This document shows, one piece after another, positions 11,643-24,731 of a DNA stretch of 64,000 nucleotides; position 1 is the first letter of the stretch, and the number at the start of each line of letters is the position of its first letter. The notes under the pieces were generated by a model, which had not been told where the DNA came from, ran no database searches, and saw only the letters and a list, made by a program, of their open reading frames with translations. Source of the DNA: Microthyrium microscopicum (taxonomy: Eukaryota); the NCBI GenBank assembly GCA_010405405.1, contig MU004232.1, positions 1,011,481 to 1,075,480 of the forward strand, given 5' to 3'. The position numbers were made by a program, and so were the translations under genes.

Positions 11643-13163
11643 CTATTCTTCCTGCAAATGCAAGCGTCGTCTAAGAGGGTCATAAATCGGCTGGTTGGCA
11701 TTGACCAAAATGGTTGAGCCATTCGCACTCTGCGGTCGACTCTTCATTCCTTCGGTCTCGTTCACAAATTTGGTCAAAAAGCCGTATATCTGGACCTATC
11801 AGCACATTGTCATTATACGGGATAAAAGAGACTTACCGTCTTGTTGGACCACCGATTACCGCCTATCTCAAACCATCCCAAATGGCCACCAATTGATGTC
11901 GCAGCCAACACAATATGCGGATTAATCTCAATCTGTCTATACGGCACAGAAATGTCCGCACAAACAGGATCGTCCTTTGCATGCAGCGCAAGCACCGGAA
12001 CTTTGATATTCCCAGCGAGCTCTACGCTACTTGCGTCCCTATAGTAGGCAGATTCCGTAGGATAGCCCCAAGACGGACACTGTACATATCTACCAGTAAA
12101 GTCAGCTTTCTGTTTCAACCGTTCATCGCAGGATCACATACCTATCCCATTGATACAAATACTTTGCACTGCGAACCAACTCTACATCAATATCCGGATT
12201 CTGCTTGATCACATCAACATGCCGCTCAAATAACTTCTTCAAGCCAGCCGCCAAGCCCCGCTGATATACGTGTAATCCGATAAACGAATTACACAAAATC
12301 GCATTGCTCACGTCGAGATTCCATGGATTTCCGACTAAAATTCCAGCCTCCAATTCACAATCTGCGCCTTCTTCACCGAGATAGTTGCACAGAATATTGG
12401 CGCCGAGACTGAATCCTATCGCGAACAGGCGTCGTTCTGGCCAGGTTGACCGGATCCACTTGACAAACTGCCGCAAATCCCATGTCGACCGCGCATTGAA
12501 CAGCTTACTGCTCGTCAGTTTCGAGTAGCAACATCCCCGTGAATTAATCACGACAGCGTCGAAACCACCCGTCGCAGTGAGAGGCTGGATGGCGTGGCGG
12601 ACATATTGCTCATGGGAACCACCAGAGAGACCATGGAGGACGATGAGAAGTGGTTTAGTCGGCTCGCTAGTCGTGAAAGTCGTAAACTCTTCTTCCGCAA
12701 AGTTATGAGTTCTTGGCGGTAAGCTTGTATCGCGAGGTTCTGGTGTTGATGGCGCAGGAACGACCCAATCAGTTGTAAATGAGCCCGGATACGTCGTATT
12801 ATCGCTCACGAAGAGTCTTCGCTTGTAATGTATCTTCGCACTTGGCCCTTTGCCTAGGGAGACATAGAGTGTTTGTAAATGGCCGCTGGATAACAGTGGG
12901 TTTAGCCTCACTGGTGGTACTACAGAGTCTACTAGTTGTCGTAATGTGATGTTTTCTTGGTCTGCAAATTGGACTTTTTTGTTGCCTGCTTTTAGTGATA
13001 GCTGGACGGTGTTTGCGGAGCTGGTGAGTTCGAGGCTGCCAAACCCAAACATGTTGAGGAAACGGGATATCAAATACAGTCTGTAGCGAGGTTTGGCGAC
13101 TATGTAGAGGAAGACTGTGAGGGCGAGGGTTCGGGGAATGACGTTTGTTATGTAGGACGCCAT
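11643..13163 (-). CDS. Alpha/beta hydrolase, EHT1/EEB1/YheT (AB hydrolase 4) family ester synthase/esterase
   Basis: Motifs SGHLQT, LHGLSGGSHEQY, nucleophile GFSLG, HAKDDP and GGHLGWF. Introns ~12141-12090 and ~11836-11796. Alternative start ATG near 13053. Confidence 0.9.
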
Positions 13164-14700
13164 TGTTCTTGTTAGCTTAGTACTTGTTGGCTTGGACCTT
13201 GAAGCTTTCGGGGTCGTTTCACAAGAATAGGTTTGGGGATTGGTTGCCTTTTTTAGCTTGGTTGAACGACCAATTGTTGATATTGAGGGGCTGGGATTCG
13301 AGGTACGTCGTTGGCTGAGCGATTGCTTTGCTTTTACAATATGAACTGTAGGCCGCGAGCAAACCAACAGACCATGGAGAAAACAGGACGTCGACGAGGG
13401 ATAGAGAACGTGGAACTTTTTTGGGGGAAGTTGAACGTAGATCTAATGAAGGCAAGTCCGAGCGGCCCAAGCTCTGGCTTTAATCTGCAATGAACAGTAT
13501 ACAATTGGAATTGTTCAGGGCTGACGATAGATGCCGAAGATATTCGAATTAAAGTTTAAGGATACTAGTTGATTCGAAAGTGCGAAGGTCGATTGCTGAT
13601 TTTCATATAAACTCGTGGTGGAGCTCACGGGTAGTTCCGTAGTTGCATTGAAAATGTATCATACGAAGCTCCTCGGCCTCTTTTTTTTGGTGGAGACGAT
13701 GCATGTCGAAGTGATTAATTTGCATGGTCAACGGAGATTGTCACATGCTATTGCGGAATGATATCGACCTTTATGGACCCAAACCCACACCCTCAATCTA
13801 ATCTTCTTGTCTGGTCATTAGTACCGGTATATGCTAATAATGGACTGGATCGCTATCGTGGGGTTGTGATAATTTAGAATAGTAAGGGCCTAACTGTATG
13901 TTGGTAGTGTTGTGCAGGGAAGTGGTGTCATTCTGCATGAACTCAGTCAGTCCTATCCGTCTTGTCTATCAAAAATGGTTAACGATGTGGGGTTGGTTGT
14001 CGCACTAGATAGTTGGAGTGGTACAAAGTGCTGTATAAAGTGCTGCTAGTCACTAGGCAATCGCTGAGATGCACATAATCTCTATCAGATTGACCTCATT
14101 GCTTTCAGCCTCCCAAGTTGGATTTCCTGGAGAGACATGTAACTCGAGGTCTTCTATGGTGAACCATACCCCTTCTCACCTTGTGTCCATCAATGGCTCT
14201 GAGCCTGACCCCAGGGCGAACCGATGCAGAGGACCTGTTGCGATTGAGCCCGGTGTCTCAGTGATAGATACAGCAGTCGATCTGACCATTGTATGTATTG
14301 TATGTGATTGTAAAGGTTGCAAAAATGGTCCATAACTCGGCAGGCACCCCTGGTCTCCAAGCAAAGACAAGGTTCAAGGTTGGCAAGTGCAACTCCCCTC
14401 AACGACAATTGGGGAAGCCACGGCCATGCCTCTTCCATGCCTGTCTGATTGGTCGCCAGCCTGATCGAGCTCCCACACCAAACACTCAACACCGAGCAAT
14501 CCCTCTCTTCACGATAACACCCCCTTGACCGCTTCTACTAACCCCTCTGTCCTAACTACTTCACTTTCCCTTTGCCCCTCTAGTATCTGTCTGTTGTCAA
14601 TCTCTTTCGCCCTCCCTCAACGCCTTGCATACCGCCATGGACCTCTTATGCTGCGCGTAAACAGACGCGTTGCAAACTGCTTGATATCCCCAGATACAGC

Positions 14701-17700
14701 ATGTTAACATCCCTCCTAAGACCTACTCGCCAACGTCCTAGAGGCGAGGACCGTCCACTTCTTCCTGGTCGTCAAGGACGTTCTGCTCCAGTCCAAAGTG
14801 AATCCGAGGAATCCAGTTCATACGAAGAGGAAGATGGATCTGGCAATCGGCATGGCATGCGAGATACCGAAGCTCTGCTGCCGATATTCTCGGCAGCTCA
14901 TCTTGGTAATGAACAATCGTTTTTTGCTTGTATAAAAGGATGCTAATACAGAACCTAGATCGGATACCCGTCTATCATCTTCAGCATACCATCCGAATAC
15001 TCATAGTACGCAAAGTCGAGACCACCCTCTCCTGGGACCAGCTTCGTACCCCTCAGATATCCCAATTCCTCGTGAAACCTTTACAACAAGAAATACGGGC
15101 CGATCATTACACAAAAGCTACACTGTATGCGTTACTGGCCAATTGTCTGCAGTTCCAGAAGGAAGGCCAGTTGAATCCTGGAACTGTTGGAGTTAGTAGC
15201 ACTAGAGCGCTGATGTGTGAGCTCTTGGCTATGCGGCTGATGAGGGAATTCTCGACTCGTGAACTGATTGATGTTCTGTTCTATGATTTCGATCCTCTCC
15301 AAGGACTCCCTAATCGCTTAGCGGCATCAAGATCTAGAGGAACAAAATACAGCTTGGCCAGATTATCGACAGTTGAGATTGCAATCCGCGCCCATGCCAA
15401 ACGATTCCTGGCCCATCCTTTGGTCGTTCAACAATTTGAAGCAGTCTGGGCCGGAACCATCGTTTTCCACTCTATTGCAGATACTTTGCACCGGCAACCA
15501 AGAAGCCAGCCAACGTATATTCGCAACCAATATGGTGCTACCAGCTCGCAACCTGCCTATCGCGCCGTAACCTACGAAGACGCTATGCTTAATAAAAGCA
15601 AATCCATTGCTAGTCCGGATATGCTGATACGAAAGACAGTGACACTTTATGATCCATCAGATGCTTCCCTTTTCAAACTCTCTCGTCTTCGGGTTCCACG
15701 ATATCGCCAATTCTTCTCTACTCTCTCATTCGCAGTGATGCTCGGACTTTTCCTAGCTGTATTAGCCCAACGCTCTCTGGACATAACAGCCCTAGAACTA
15801 GTATTTTGGTTCTGGAGTGCAGGCTACATGCTCGACGAAGTAGTAGGTTTTTCCGAACAAGGCTTTGGTTTGTATATCATAAGCGTCTGGAACTCGTTTG
15901 ATATTGGGATTCTACTTCTCTTTATTACATACTATATCCTCCGGCTATATGGGATCCTTATGCCTGACGTTCAAAAGAAGCACATTGCCAGTATGGCCTA
16001 TGATGTTCTAGCTTCTACTGCCATTCTCCTATTTCCAAGGCTGTTCTCTGTACTGGATCATTATCGGTACTTCAGCCAACTGCTCATCGCCTTTCGAATG
16101 ATGGCAGTCGACCTTGCTGCAGTGCTTATCCTCATTGTCATTTCGTGCAGTGGCTTCTTCGTGGCCTTCACCCTCTCTTTCAATGACATAGACAAGCCCT
16201 TTAATGCTTCTAGTGCTGCATATGCGCTTTTCCAAATCTTAATGGGATTCACGCCCGCTGCGTGGGAGGTTTGGGGCGGCTACAACATACTTGGAAAGAC
16301 AATTCTGGCAATCTTTCTCATAATCTGTCATTTTTTGATCGTCACCATCCTCATTACGGTCCTAACAAACTCCTTCCTCGCAGTGGTACAGAATGCGAAC
16401 GAAGAACATCAGTTCTTGTTCGCCGTGAACACCATCTCAATGGTCAAATCGGATGCTCTCTTTTCATATGTTCCTCCTACCAACATATTAGGATGGGTTT
16501 TGTCTCCGCTACGGTTTGTCTTACCGTTCAAGCGGTTCGTCAGATTTAATCGAACCATGATCAAAATGACCCATGTGCCTATCCTCTTCGGCATATTTCT
16601 ATACGAACGACTGGTTCTGTCACGAAAAGTCATCGACCCAACAGATCTTGTGGACCAACGAGGCCGGGAGTCAAGTCGAGCACCAGCATTTACCCTCCGT
16701 GGAGCAGAGACCATCTTTAGTCCAGGGGCTCGCCTACGAGAACCATCTGTCACGACATTTCACAAAGACCAAGCGCTCGAGGAAGTTTTCCGGCGAGCAC
16801 CGCAGGATGCTTCGCGACAAGGCACATTCGCAGACAATCATCCAAGACGGGAATCTCTCTTGCGTAACAAATCAACCACTGTAGTACAAGATTGGATGCA
16901 AGGACTCGGCCAAGATGGCGCGGCGTCACCTATCGAGGAAGAGCAGTCCATTCTGGACCGCTTAGAAGCTCGAAGACCTCCACTTCGTCGCTATCGGACG
17001 ACGCACGCTGGTCCAGTTGGTAGTTTTCATCATGTTCCTCGCTCTGTAACTTCTGTTCCTGAAGACCATCAGCCATTCTCTAGTTTCAGTCACATTCACC
17101 AGGATATGAGTATGGATGACATCCCTCAACAAACTGACCAGGACGGAGATGATGAATTAGCCACCAATGATGATGAAGACGGTGTCACCAGAACTTCATC
17201 GAGTAGCCACCCTAACGACGACTCTGACAAGGAGAACTTGCGAACTCATCGTAAAGCTGGCGTTGCATCTGGAAAGCAACGCAAACCCCTGGGCGAGCTA
17301 AGCGGCTCCTCGAACGAAGAGGACGATAATGCGACAGATCCCAAGACCCCCATCGCTACTCAAATTCGCACTATGCATCCAGGAGAAGGCGTCGATCTAC
17401 CTGAATCCCCCGAACGACCAGTGACTCAACAGCGCATGGCACCACCATCCAGACAAAACAGAGGCCAGCATATCCGCACCGCCTCCTCAGCAACAATCCT
17501 CTTCGCCCCTCTCGCAGGAGGCCTCGACGGAAGTACCAGCAAAGACCCCATCTCAACCTCACCAATCAAATCACCCAGCAAATCCCGTGTCAGCCGAACA
17601 TCCGCCCAAGCAAGTAAGCAAGCATCCAGCGGTATTCGCACACCCAGACGATCCCGCAATTCCAAGAATCCAACCCTCGCTTCCACGGACGGCGCCTCAG

Positions 17701-18251
17701 ACCACTATCCACCCTTTCTACCCTCCCGTCGCAGTATACTGGGAGACCGCCAGCGGTCAACGCCAAACCTCACCTCCTTCCTATCCCAAGACCGCCGCAA
17801 ACCCTCCTTCAACGCCATGGCTCTAGACCTCGCATCCGATCTCGGCGATAACAGAGCCGTGCCTAATGCAGAGTTGTTGAGTACGTCCTTTGGCACACAG
17901 CTTGAGATGGCGATGAGACGACCAAACATCCAGCGTCCCCACGGAAACCCTCGGCAATCTGGGCGTCGCGGGTTCAATATAGCATCCGTATTCGACGAAG
18001 ACGACGATGAAGACGATGAAGAAGACGAGGAGGACGAACACTCAGCATTCCGAAGTGGCCCGCGCATGAATAGACTTATGTTGGAACGCATGTCGCTTCT
18101 TGAAGAGAGTTTTCGAGATATGTTAAGGGAGGTTAAGGGACTTGCTAGTAACGCTGGGGGTAGCCGGGCGAGGAGTTTAGTTGAGGCGCCTATTAAGGAG
18201 GAGGTCGAGGGAATTGACAGGGCGAGGCCGCGTGCGTCTGGATCTGTTTGA
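14701..18251 (+). CDS. Yvc1-like TRP-family non-selective cation channel with a long disordered C-terminal tail
   Basis: Intron 14906-14958. Motifs AIRAHAKRFLAHPLVVQQFEAVWAG and LSRLRVPRY, a six-TM block, pore region LMGFTPAAW, and ILITVLTNSF...EHQFLFAVNTISMVKSD. Confidence 0.88.
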
Positions 18252-18826
18252 CAGACTCCGTCAACCAGTGTGAAGAACTGAAGACCTGGACGACGACAAG
18301 GGAGCAAGGACTGAACGGAAGATGTTTGAAGGAGCATTGTTTTTAGCGTGGTACTTCTCTGGTGGGCGTTCCATCCTGCAAGCATATATGGCATTTATCG
18401 TTCAGTGGTTTCAGGCATTCTTGCATTTCTGAATTTGTTGTTTGTATTACCTCTTAGCTTGGTTTGGCACTGTGGTTTTTATGCTCGATACTCTGGTAGA
18501 TGCGTCTACTGTGCATGCAACAAGGCGGTATATGTTGTTCTAATCCATATCTTTTCCTGTTCCGATATCTGGTGTTGCTGATCTATGATGTGTACTTTGC
18601 TTCTTTTGAACAGTACTATCGACTGCATTCTGTGACACTCGACTCTCAGCATACTGACAACGCAACACTGGCAATGACAAGCTCTTCTGCTTTAGAATTG
18701 GAGCATTACATTCTCTTAACATCAATTATTAATACCAAGGTATTATCTCTGGGGCAAAGCCCACTCCATCTCATACAGCATGCCCCTATCTCTCATGCCC
18801 ATCTCCCCATCTACCTCCTGCCTCTT

Positions 18827-19124
18827 TTAGATCCCACCTCCTATTACCAATTAGCTTCCCATATCACACACCCAAATGTCAGAATTCACATACCAGATCG
18901 TTCAACCGGCACAATCAAATCACCAGTCTTGGCCCGTATCTCAGCCATCCGCTCCACCTGTCTTGGTTGTATGACCTTAGCCCAAGCAACGACGCCTGTT
19001 ACCGCTATAGCTGATGCCGCTGCCAGTGATCTTGTTCTAAAAATTGTCAGCCTATGATTTGGGTTGATGTTGTATGACGAATGGAAGTGAGGCGAAAGGG
19101 GAGAAGGGGGACGTACCTTAGCAT
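18827..19124 (-). CDS. Predicted 54-aa single-TM microprotein, 3 exons, ending VERSGGGI
   Basis: Exons 19124-19117, 19036-18894 and 18840-18827 (165 nt). Introns GTACGT..GCTGAC..TAG and GTATGT..GCTAAT..TAG. Product: MLRTRSLAAASAIAVTGVVAWAKVIQPRQVERMAEIRAKTGDLIVPVERSGGGI. Confidence 0.7.
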
Positions 19125-20704
19125 TGGAACGATTATCTAGTCTGGTATTGTAGTTCGTGATTGTAAACGATGTGATTTAGGTTATATCGTGATATTGTGT
19201 GGTTGTATTCGTTGGAACAGAAGAGGAGTTGGAGATAACTAACTGTGGAGAAAACTTACCACAGTGGATCTTTGTATTTCCATACGCAGGTGTCATAAGT
19301 TCGGTACATATACCGGAGCCATGCAAGGGAAAGCAGATCCAGGCCCACAGCTGAGGGCGAAAGAGCACACGACTAGTTTACGTATTTGCATGATGAATGA
19401 TTGGTTCGCCTTGCAGCTGTTCATTCAATGAAGATGGGCGATGGTGATAGGCGGGGAAGAAGATGTCGTGCAGAAAAACTGGGGTGCAGTTAGGATGTTA
19501 TCAAGTGTGGCGAAGGTGGCGGAATTGAAGGTGGTTTTTGATGATGGACAAATCTTGAGTTTACTCTAGGTTTTAAAGGTTATGCTTGCTTTGGTTATGG
19601 ACGTTGGATTGAGATTATCTGGTTACTAGAGTATTGGACGAAGATGTTTTGGGAATTGTATTCTTGTTCAGATTCGAATCATTCCACTTTGTCCACAGCG
19701 GCTACTGGGCATCCAAAAGATGGTCACTGTTCATTATATCAAAACAAAAATACAAGCAAGTTGTGAACTGTAAAGAATCTATCCCTTCGAACCACTTTGT
19801 ATTCTAATGCAAAAAGAGACTAGACTCTCTTCCTTACTTGTAGTTTGAAGCATCTGTGTCATTAACGTGAGGAGTGTTGTTGTCTTCCTCTCCCACTTAT
19901 CCATCCACCCACCAAGGCTCAGAATATCCATTCGATACTCTCTCTGCCACCAAAAACATAAATTATACCTCAAATTCAATAGACAAAAAAATTGTTTCTC
20001 ATCCGAACACCCTTGCCGGCCCATCCAAGGGCAATTTAGATTTCGGGAGCGGGCCGTGAATTCCACAATTTTTTATCTCCCCAGTAGATTTGAACCTGCG
20101 ACCTATTAATTGCCCCCCTTGCCTCCTCTTGTAACGAAAGAGACGAATTAGGTTAGTCGAGGCCACATTGAAGACACCTTAACGACCGCAGGAACGGTTA
20201 CTCTACTGGCAGATATTATCAAAATTGCATGAAGTTAAATATATACTACAGATTTGATTCCACTTTGAATTTTAGATGTGAACTTTGCTCTTTCGAATCA
20301 TTCAGGCTATCAGCCATTGATAAACTATATCATAAAATAATTCTTCACGTCTCCATTGTCAAAATACAAGGAATTCCTATATACATAAATGCGGAGCCTT
20401 GCACCAGATTACTTTGTTTAGTCAAGCTCTGCTAAGTTTCATACCGTCATCTACTACGCGGAGGTATATATTCTTCTCTTAGATATTGAAACGCAGTAAT
20501 TCATCTCAGCCTTGCCTTCAGCCTCGGATGTGATCATTTTGGGACCCATGTCTTGCATGAGCAGAACGATTGGTCTCGGCTACGCCTGCATCAACAAACA
20601 CCATGCGCAGGGACCCATCATCAACGACATAAATAGCTGCAGCTTAAGCTCTTGTCCTTGTCAACATCAACTTGCCGCCGCTTCTCCTAAAAAACTACAA
20701 CACC

Positions 20705-21636
20705 ATGGACCTACCTAATTGTCGCAGAGAACCAGCTGAGCCCAGTCTCGTCCTATTCTCCTTTCGAGCCTTGATCGTCCTCGGGATCCTCGTTTCCTAC
20801 ATCCCTCAACATCTTCGCATCATCACGCGGCGTTCTTCTGAAGGCCTGTCACCCTATTTTGTACTGTTGGGCACCACGTCGAGCACTTTCTCCCTTTTCA
20901 ATGTTATCACCGATCCGGGCAGTCAAGACAATATCGCTTGTTGCACTGAAATCAGCCGGTTCGCCTGTACGGCTGGGCTGCTGGGCATAGCCCAGATCGC
21001 GGTGCAGTGGGGATGTTTCTCGATAATGTATTTGGACAGACCTTCAATGAGACGAGACCGAGACTGACCTGGTATAGAATGATATTATTTCTCATATTCT
21101 TTCCGCAACCTGGTCCCGAACCACATCCCTCAGACGCTCCTGCTCGGCCAACCTATAAAACAGCCCTACTTGTCGTATTCACTTGCATCGTCCACTTCGT
21201 CGCATTACTCATATTATCGTCTGTATTCCTGCTGTGGTACAAGGCTTACCTTGGCCCATGGTCAACAACTTTGGGTATATGTGCGGCTATTCTGGCAGCT
21301 GTTCAATACTTACCACAACTCTACACAACATGGAAACTTCAGCATGTGATGAGCTTGAGCATCCCCATGATGTGTATACAGACCCCAGGAAGCTTTGTAT
21401 TTGCTGCTAGCCTGGCAGGAGAATACGGTCTGAAAGGATGGAGTGTCTGGGGCGTTTATGTCTTGACTGGCTTTCTGCAAGGCGGCCTCCTGGCAATGGG
21501 CATTTATTTCGAACTTCGGGATCGAAAAGCGCGACAGTTGGAAGGAAGTGAGCAAGAAAACCAGGATACTTCTCCAAGCGAGAGAACGGCATTACTTGGT
21601 AAGTCCAGACAGCTACTTTCAAAGATTATAGGCTGA
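20705..21636 (+). CDS. PQ-loop repeat membrane transporter
   Basis: Two PQ motifs (SYIPQHLRIITRRSSEGLS and QYLPQLYTTWKLQHVMSLS), about 7 TM segments, intron 21028-21077, C-terminal ERTALL dileucine signal. Confidence 0.9.
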
Positions 21637-21797
21637 CCCGATTCAAGGAGATTCAAACGGTCATGCAAACCATGGCACGAATACTTGAAAGCAGACATAA
21701 TAGAATCTTTCAGATTGGGCTAAGCTAAAGACTACATAATCGAACAACCTTTTTCTGTTCCAAACACATCGTCATCGGGCACCAGGAAGGACGGATA

Positions 21798-23274
21798 CTA
21801 TTCCTCGTCTTTCCCATATCCGAATAGTCCACTTCCAAGTCCGCCTACTCCTTTGGCAACACCTCCACCGATCGAACCTAAACCACCCACAACATCGCCT
21901 TTACCTAACTTTCCTACACCCCCACCAAGGCCACTTGTGGTATTCGACACCAGATTGCCAGCGCCCTTTCCAACATTTCCAACGACGCCTCCTACAGGAC
22001 CACCAACTGTCTTTCCAACGCCTCCAACAGCACCATCGAGAGTATCGCCCTGTAAACATTAGTCATGCTCAAACCAAAGAGCTTCCAGTAAACTTACAAC
22101 TCCTTTTCCGGCTCCAGACACAGTCTGGCCTACACCACCTGTGACGCCAGATCCAAGACCAAGTATATCTCCCTGCCCTGCAGCAGTTGTAGTATCGGTC
22201 ACAGTATCTCGTAGGCCGCCGGTAGTACTCTTTAACGTCTTATTCAGATTACCTGTCGTTGTAGTGGCAGTTTTTCCAACGCCATCTGTAACCTGTTTGA
22301 CCGGTTTACCAGTACCTATAACATGGTCAGCCTATAATCGAAAGATAGTCTCAGATAACAATTTACCACCCGGAAGCATAGCATCAGCCCCCCGCCCAAC
22401 AACATCAGTCGTCCCACCGACAGCACCACCAACCACTCCAGTCGTCACACCAGTGACCGCATCAACACCACCCGTCACACCAGATACACCCTTATTGATG
22501 GCATCAGTTCCTTTTCCAGTCACCTTACGGACTCCGGTTGGCCCATCCTTGACTGGCGCTTTCTTAACCGGAGCCTTCTTGACTGGCGCCGCTTTCTTGA
22601 CGGGAGTCTTCTTCGCTTCTTGTGGTACGGGGGCTGGCTTTCGCTTGGGAGTAGTATCGTCTAGTCCATGACGCATGATTAGCGATTCGGTCTCGCTAAC
22701 AGGTCTTGGAGACAGTCTTTGCAAGGTGGACTTTCGTGAGACGGTGGGCCGGACGGATGCTGTCTTACCTGTTGCGGTGGTTTTGGTGCTTGAGGGAGCT
22801 TTGACAGCTTTGGGAGCGCTGGGCTTTGCGGGTGTGGTTCCTGATGGCTTGGGAACGGTCTTCGTAGTTGTTGAAGTCGCTGGCTTTTTGGTCGCAGTGC
22901 TCACGGGGGCTTTCTTGACGGTTGTGGGTGCTTTCTTCGTCGCTTCAGCACCGCTTGATGCCGCGGGTGTCTTTCGAACTAATTTTGCAGGCTTTTTCCG
23001 GACGGGAGCATCTGTTTTGGCATCTGTATTTGCAACTGGTTTCTTGACCGCCGGCGCAGCAGGCTTCTTTGCTGGAGCAGCTGTAGTAGTCTTTTTGACA
23101 GGAGCTGCCGTGGTCTTCTTTGCAGGAGCTGTCGACGGCTTCTTCGCACCAGCCGCAACTTTATCCACCGACGCTATACACTCATCAGCCTAATCGAACA
23201 ATTTACGTCCAAGGGTTGTGCAACTTACACTGCAAAGCAGCATTCTGCTTCTTCAATTCATCGAGAGCTGACAT
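21798..23274 (-). CDS. Low-complexity Ala/Lys/Pro/Thr-rich and Gly-rich LEA-like protein (~440 aa, 4 exons)
   Basis: Exons 23274-23229, 23173-22367, 22315-22098 and 22049-21798 sum to 1323 nt in frame. PAKK/PVKK repeats are followed by GKGVGG-type repeats. Confidence 0.8.
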
Positions 23275-24731
23275 GTCCAAAGATAAACAAATAGGATTAT
23301 AATCGTATGATATTTTTGATATCTATGATCGTATTCAGGGTTTTTCGCTACTGCAATTCAGCAAGCGAGTATTGCGTACTTTAAACCTGCGTTAAACTTG
23401 CGTTAGAACCAACTTTCTAAAAGTCCAACAGTCGTTGTGCCGCTGGTGACGTTGGGGATCTGAAGATCAATTGGCCTAGATTTGAGCAGAAGGCTGTGCA
23501 AGGCTGAGGAAATGCTCCACATTATGCTTGGTTACGTCACTGTGATTGCTTCCATGGAGACTCGGAGAGGGACCAGTCTCTTGGGACCAAGCAGCGTGGT
23601 TGGGAAACGTGTTTTTTATGGATTATCTGGGATTGCTAGAGGAATGGATGGAGTAGTCGGCTGTGGAATTTGTATGCAAGAGGTATAGGTCGGTTTGGAG
23701 CGAGTGAGTCTCATCTGGTATGAATCTCAATATTTGTATCAGTCAACTTTCAGGCGGTGACACCTTGTTCGAAATCTAAGCTACTGTTTGTATGCAATTG
23801 CAGGATGCAATCTCAGATATTTCTCTTGAATGATACTGAAAATCATTGCGATTGTTACTAAGGCCGACATAGTCAGAATCTCCCAGAAACCAATGCTCAA
23901 GTGCGCTCAACCAGACGGTCAAAATTGTGATACCCCATCCAAAAGTAGAGTATTTGAAGCCGTTGGTTTTTCTAAAAACACAATTTAGTACATCTTCTTT
24001 CGAATCTCCATTTTTTCAATCTAGCGTATTGTCTGACAAGACTGTCAATCAATGATTATGGAACCAGCCTTACGATCAATAGTACGACGCCATGAGAATT
24101 TACACATGTACCAAGTCATACCAATTGACAATTTGACCAGGACCTCCAAGCTTTGCCACCAAATCAGCGGGTCTTTCATCAAAGCACAGAATGAACACCG
24201 TTTACATCGACTTGCTTCGATTTTAATTCATCGTTCAGGGAATTTGTAAACATATACAAAATCAATACATGGGGGTGTCAGAGTAAGAACGTTGTTTGAC
24301 TGCAACCCTACGGAAGTATCATGCACACTTTGCGTGTTCTCCAAGTTGCCAGCGAGGCTGTAACAAAAGTTGGTGATACATTTATAATGTACAGATTCAA
24401 TAGTGCGAGTAAGGAAAGTACCTCCTACTCTAAGAAGGAACCATTTTATAGCGACACCCCTGGCACTGGTCTGATCGGAGGGGTTGCCGCTGCGAGTCAA
24501 CCGTCAACCATCAACCACCTTCTCCACATCTCCACCTCCACTTTCAACATCTCCATCTTCCACTCAACTTGCTTTTCTTCTTTCAGCCGGGTCAATTCAA
24601 GTACAGAGCGCAACAATCCCCTCTCGCAACAGGAAATCACTCTCTCGTCTTACTTTATACCCGACTCTTTGGAATGACTACTATATTTCCTAAAGCCAAC
24701 TGCTAGTCACCGAGAGCGGCTCGTGGTCAAT

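Noticed and set aside
14190..14290. GC-rich stretch considered as a TPP riboswitch or other structured RNA
   Set aside because: Lacks the ordered TPP core motifs, and no thiamine gene is adjacent.
18500..19057. 185-aa plus-strand ORF
   Set aside because: No recognisable features. It overlaps the spliced minus-strand microprotein, whose splice signals are much stronger evidence.
22141..23193. Long plus-strand ORFs (176 and 172 aa, hydrophobic)
   Set aside because: Antisense shadows of the repetitive PAKK/Gly-rich minus-strand gene.
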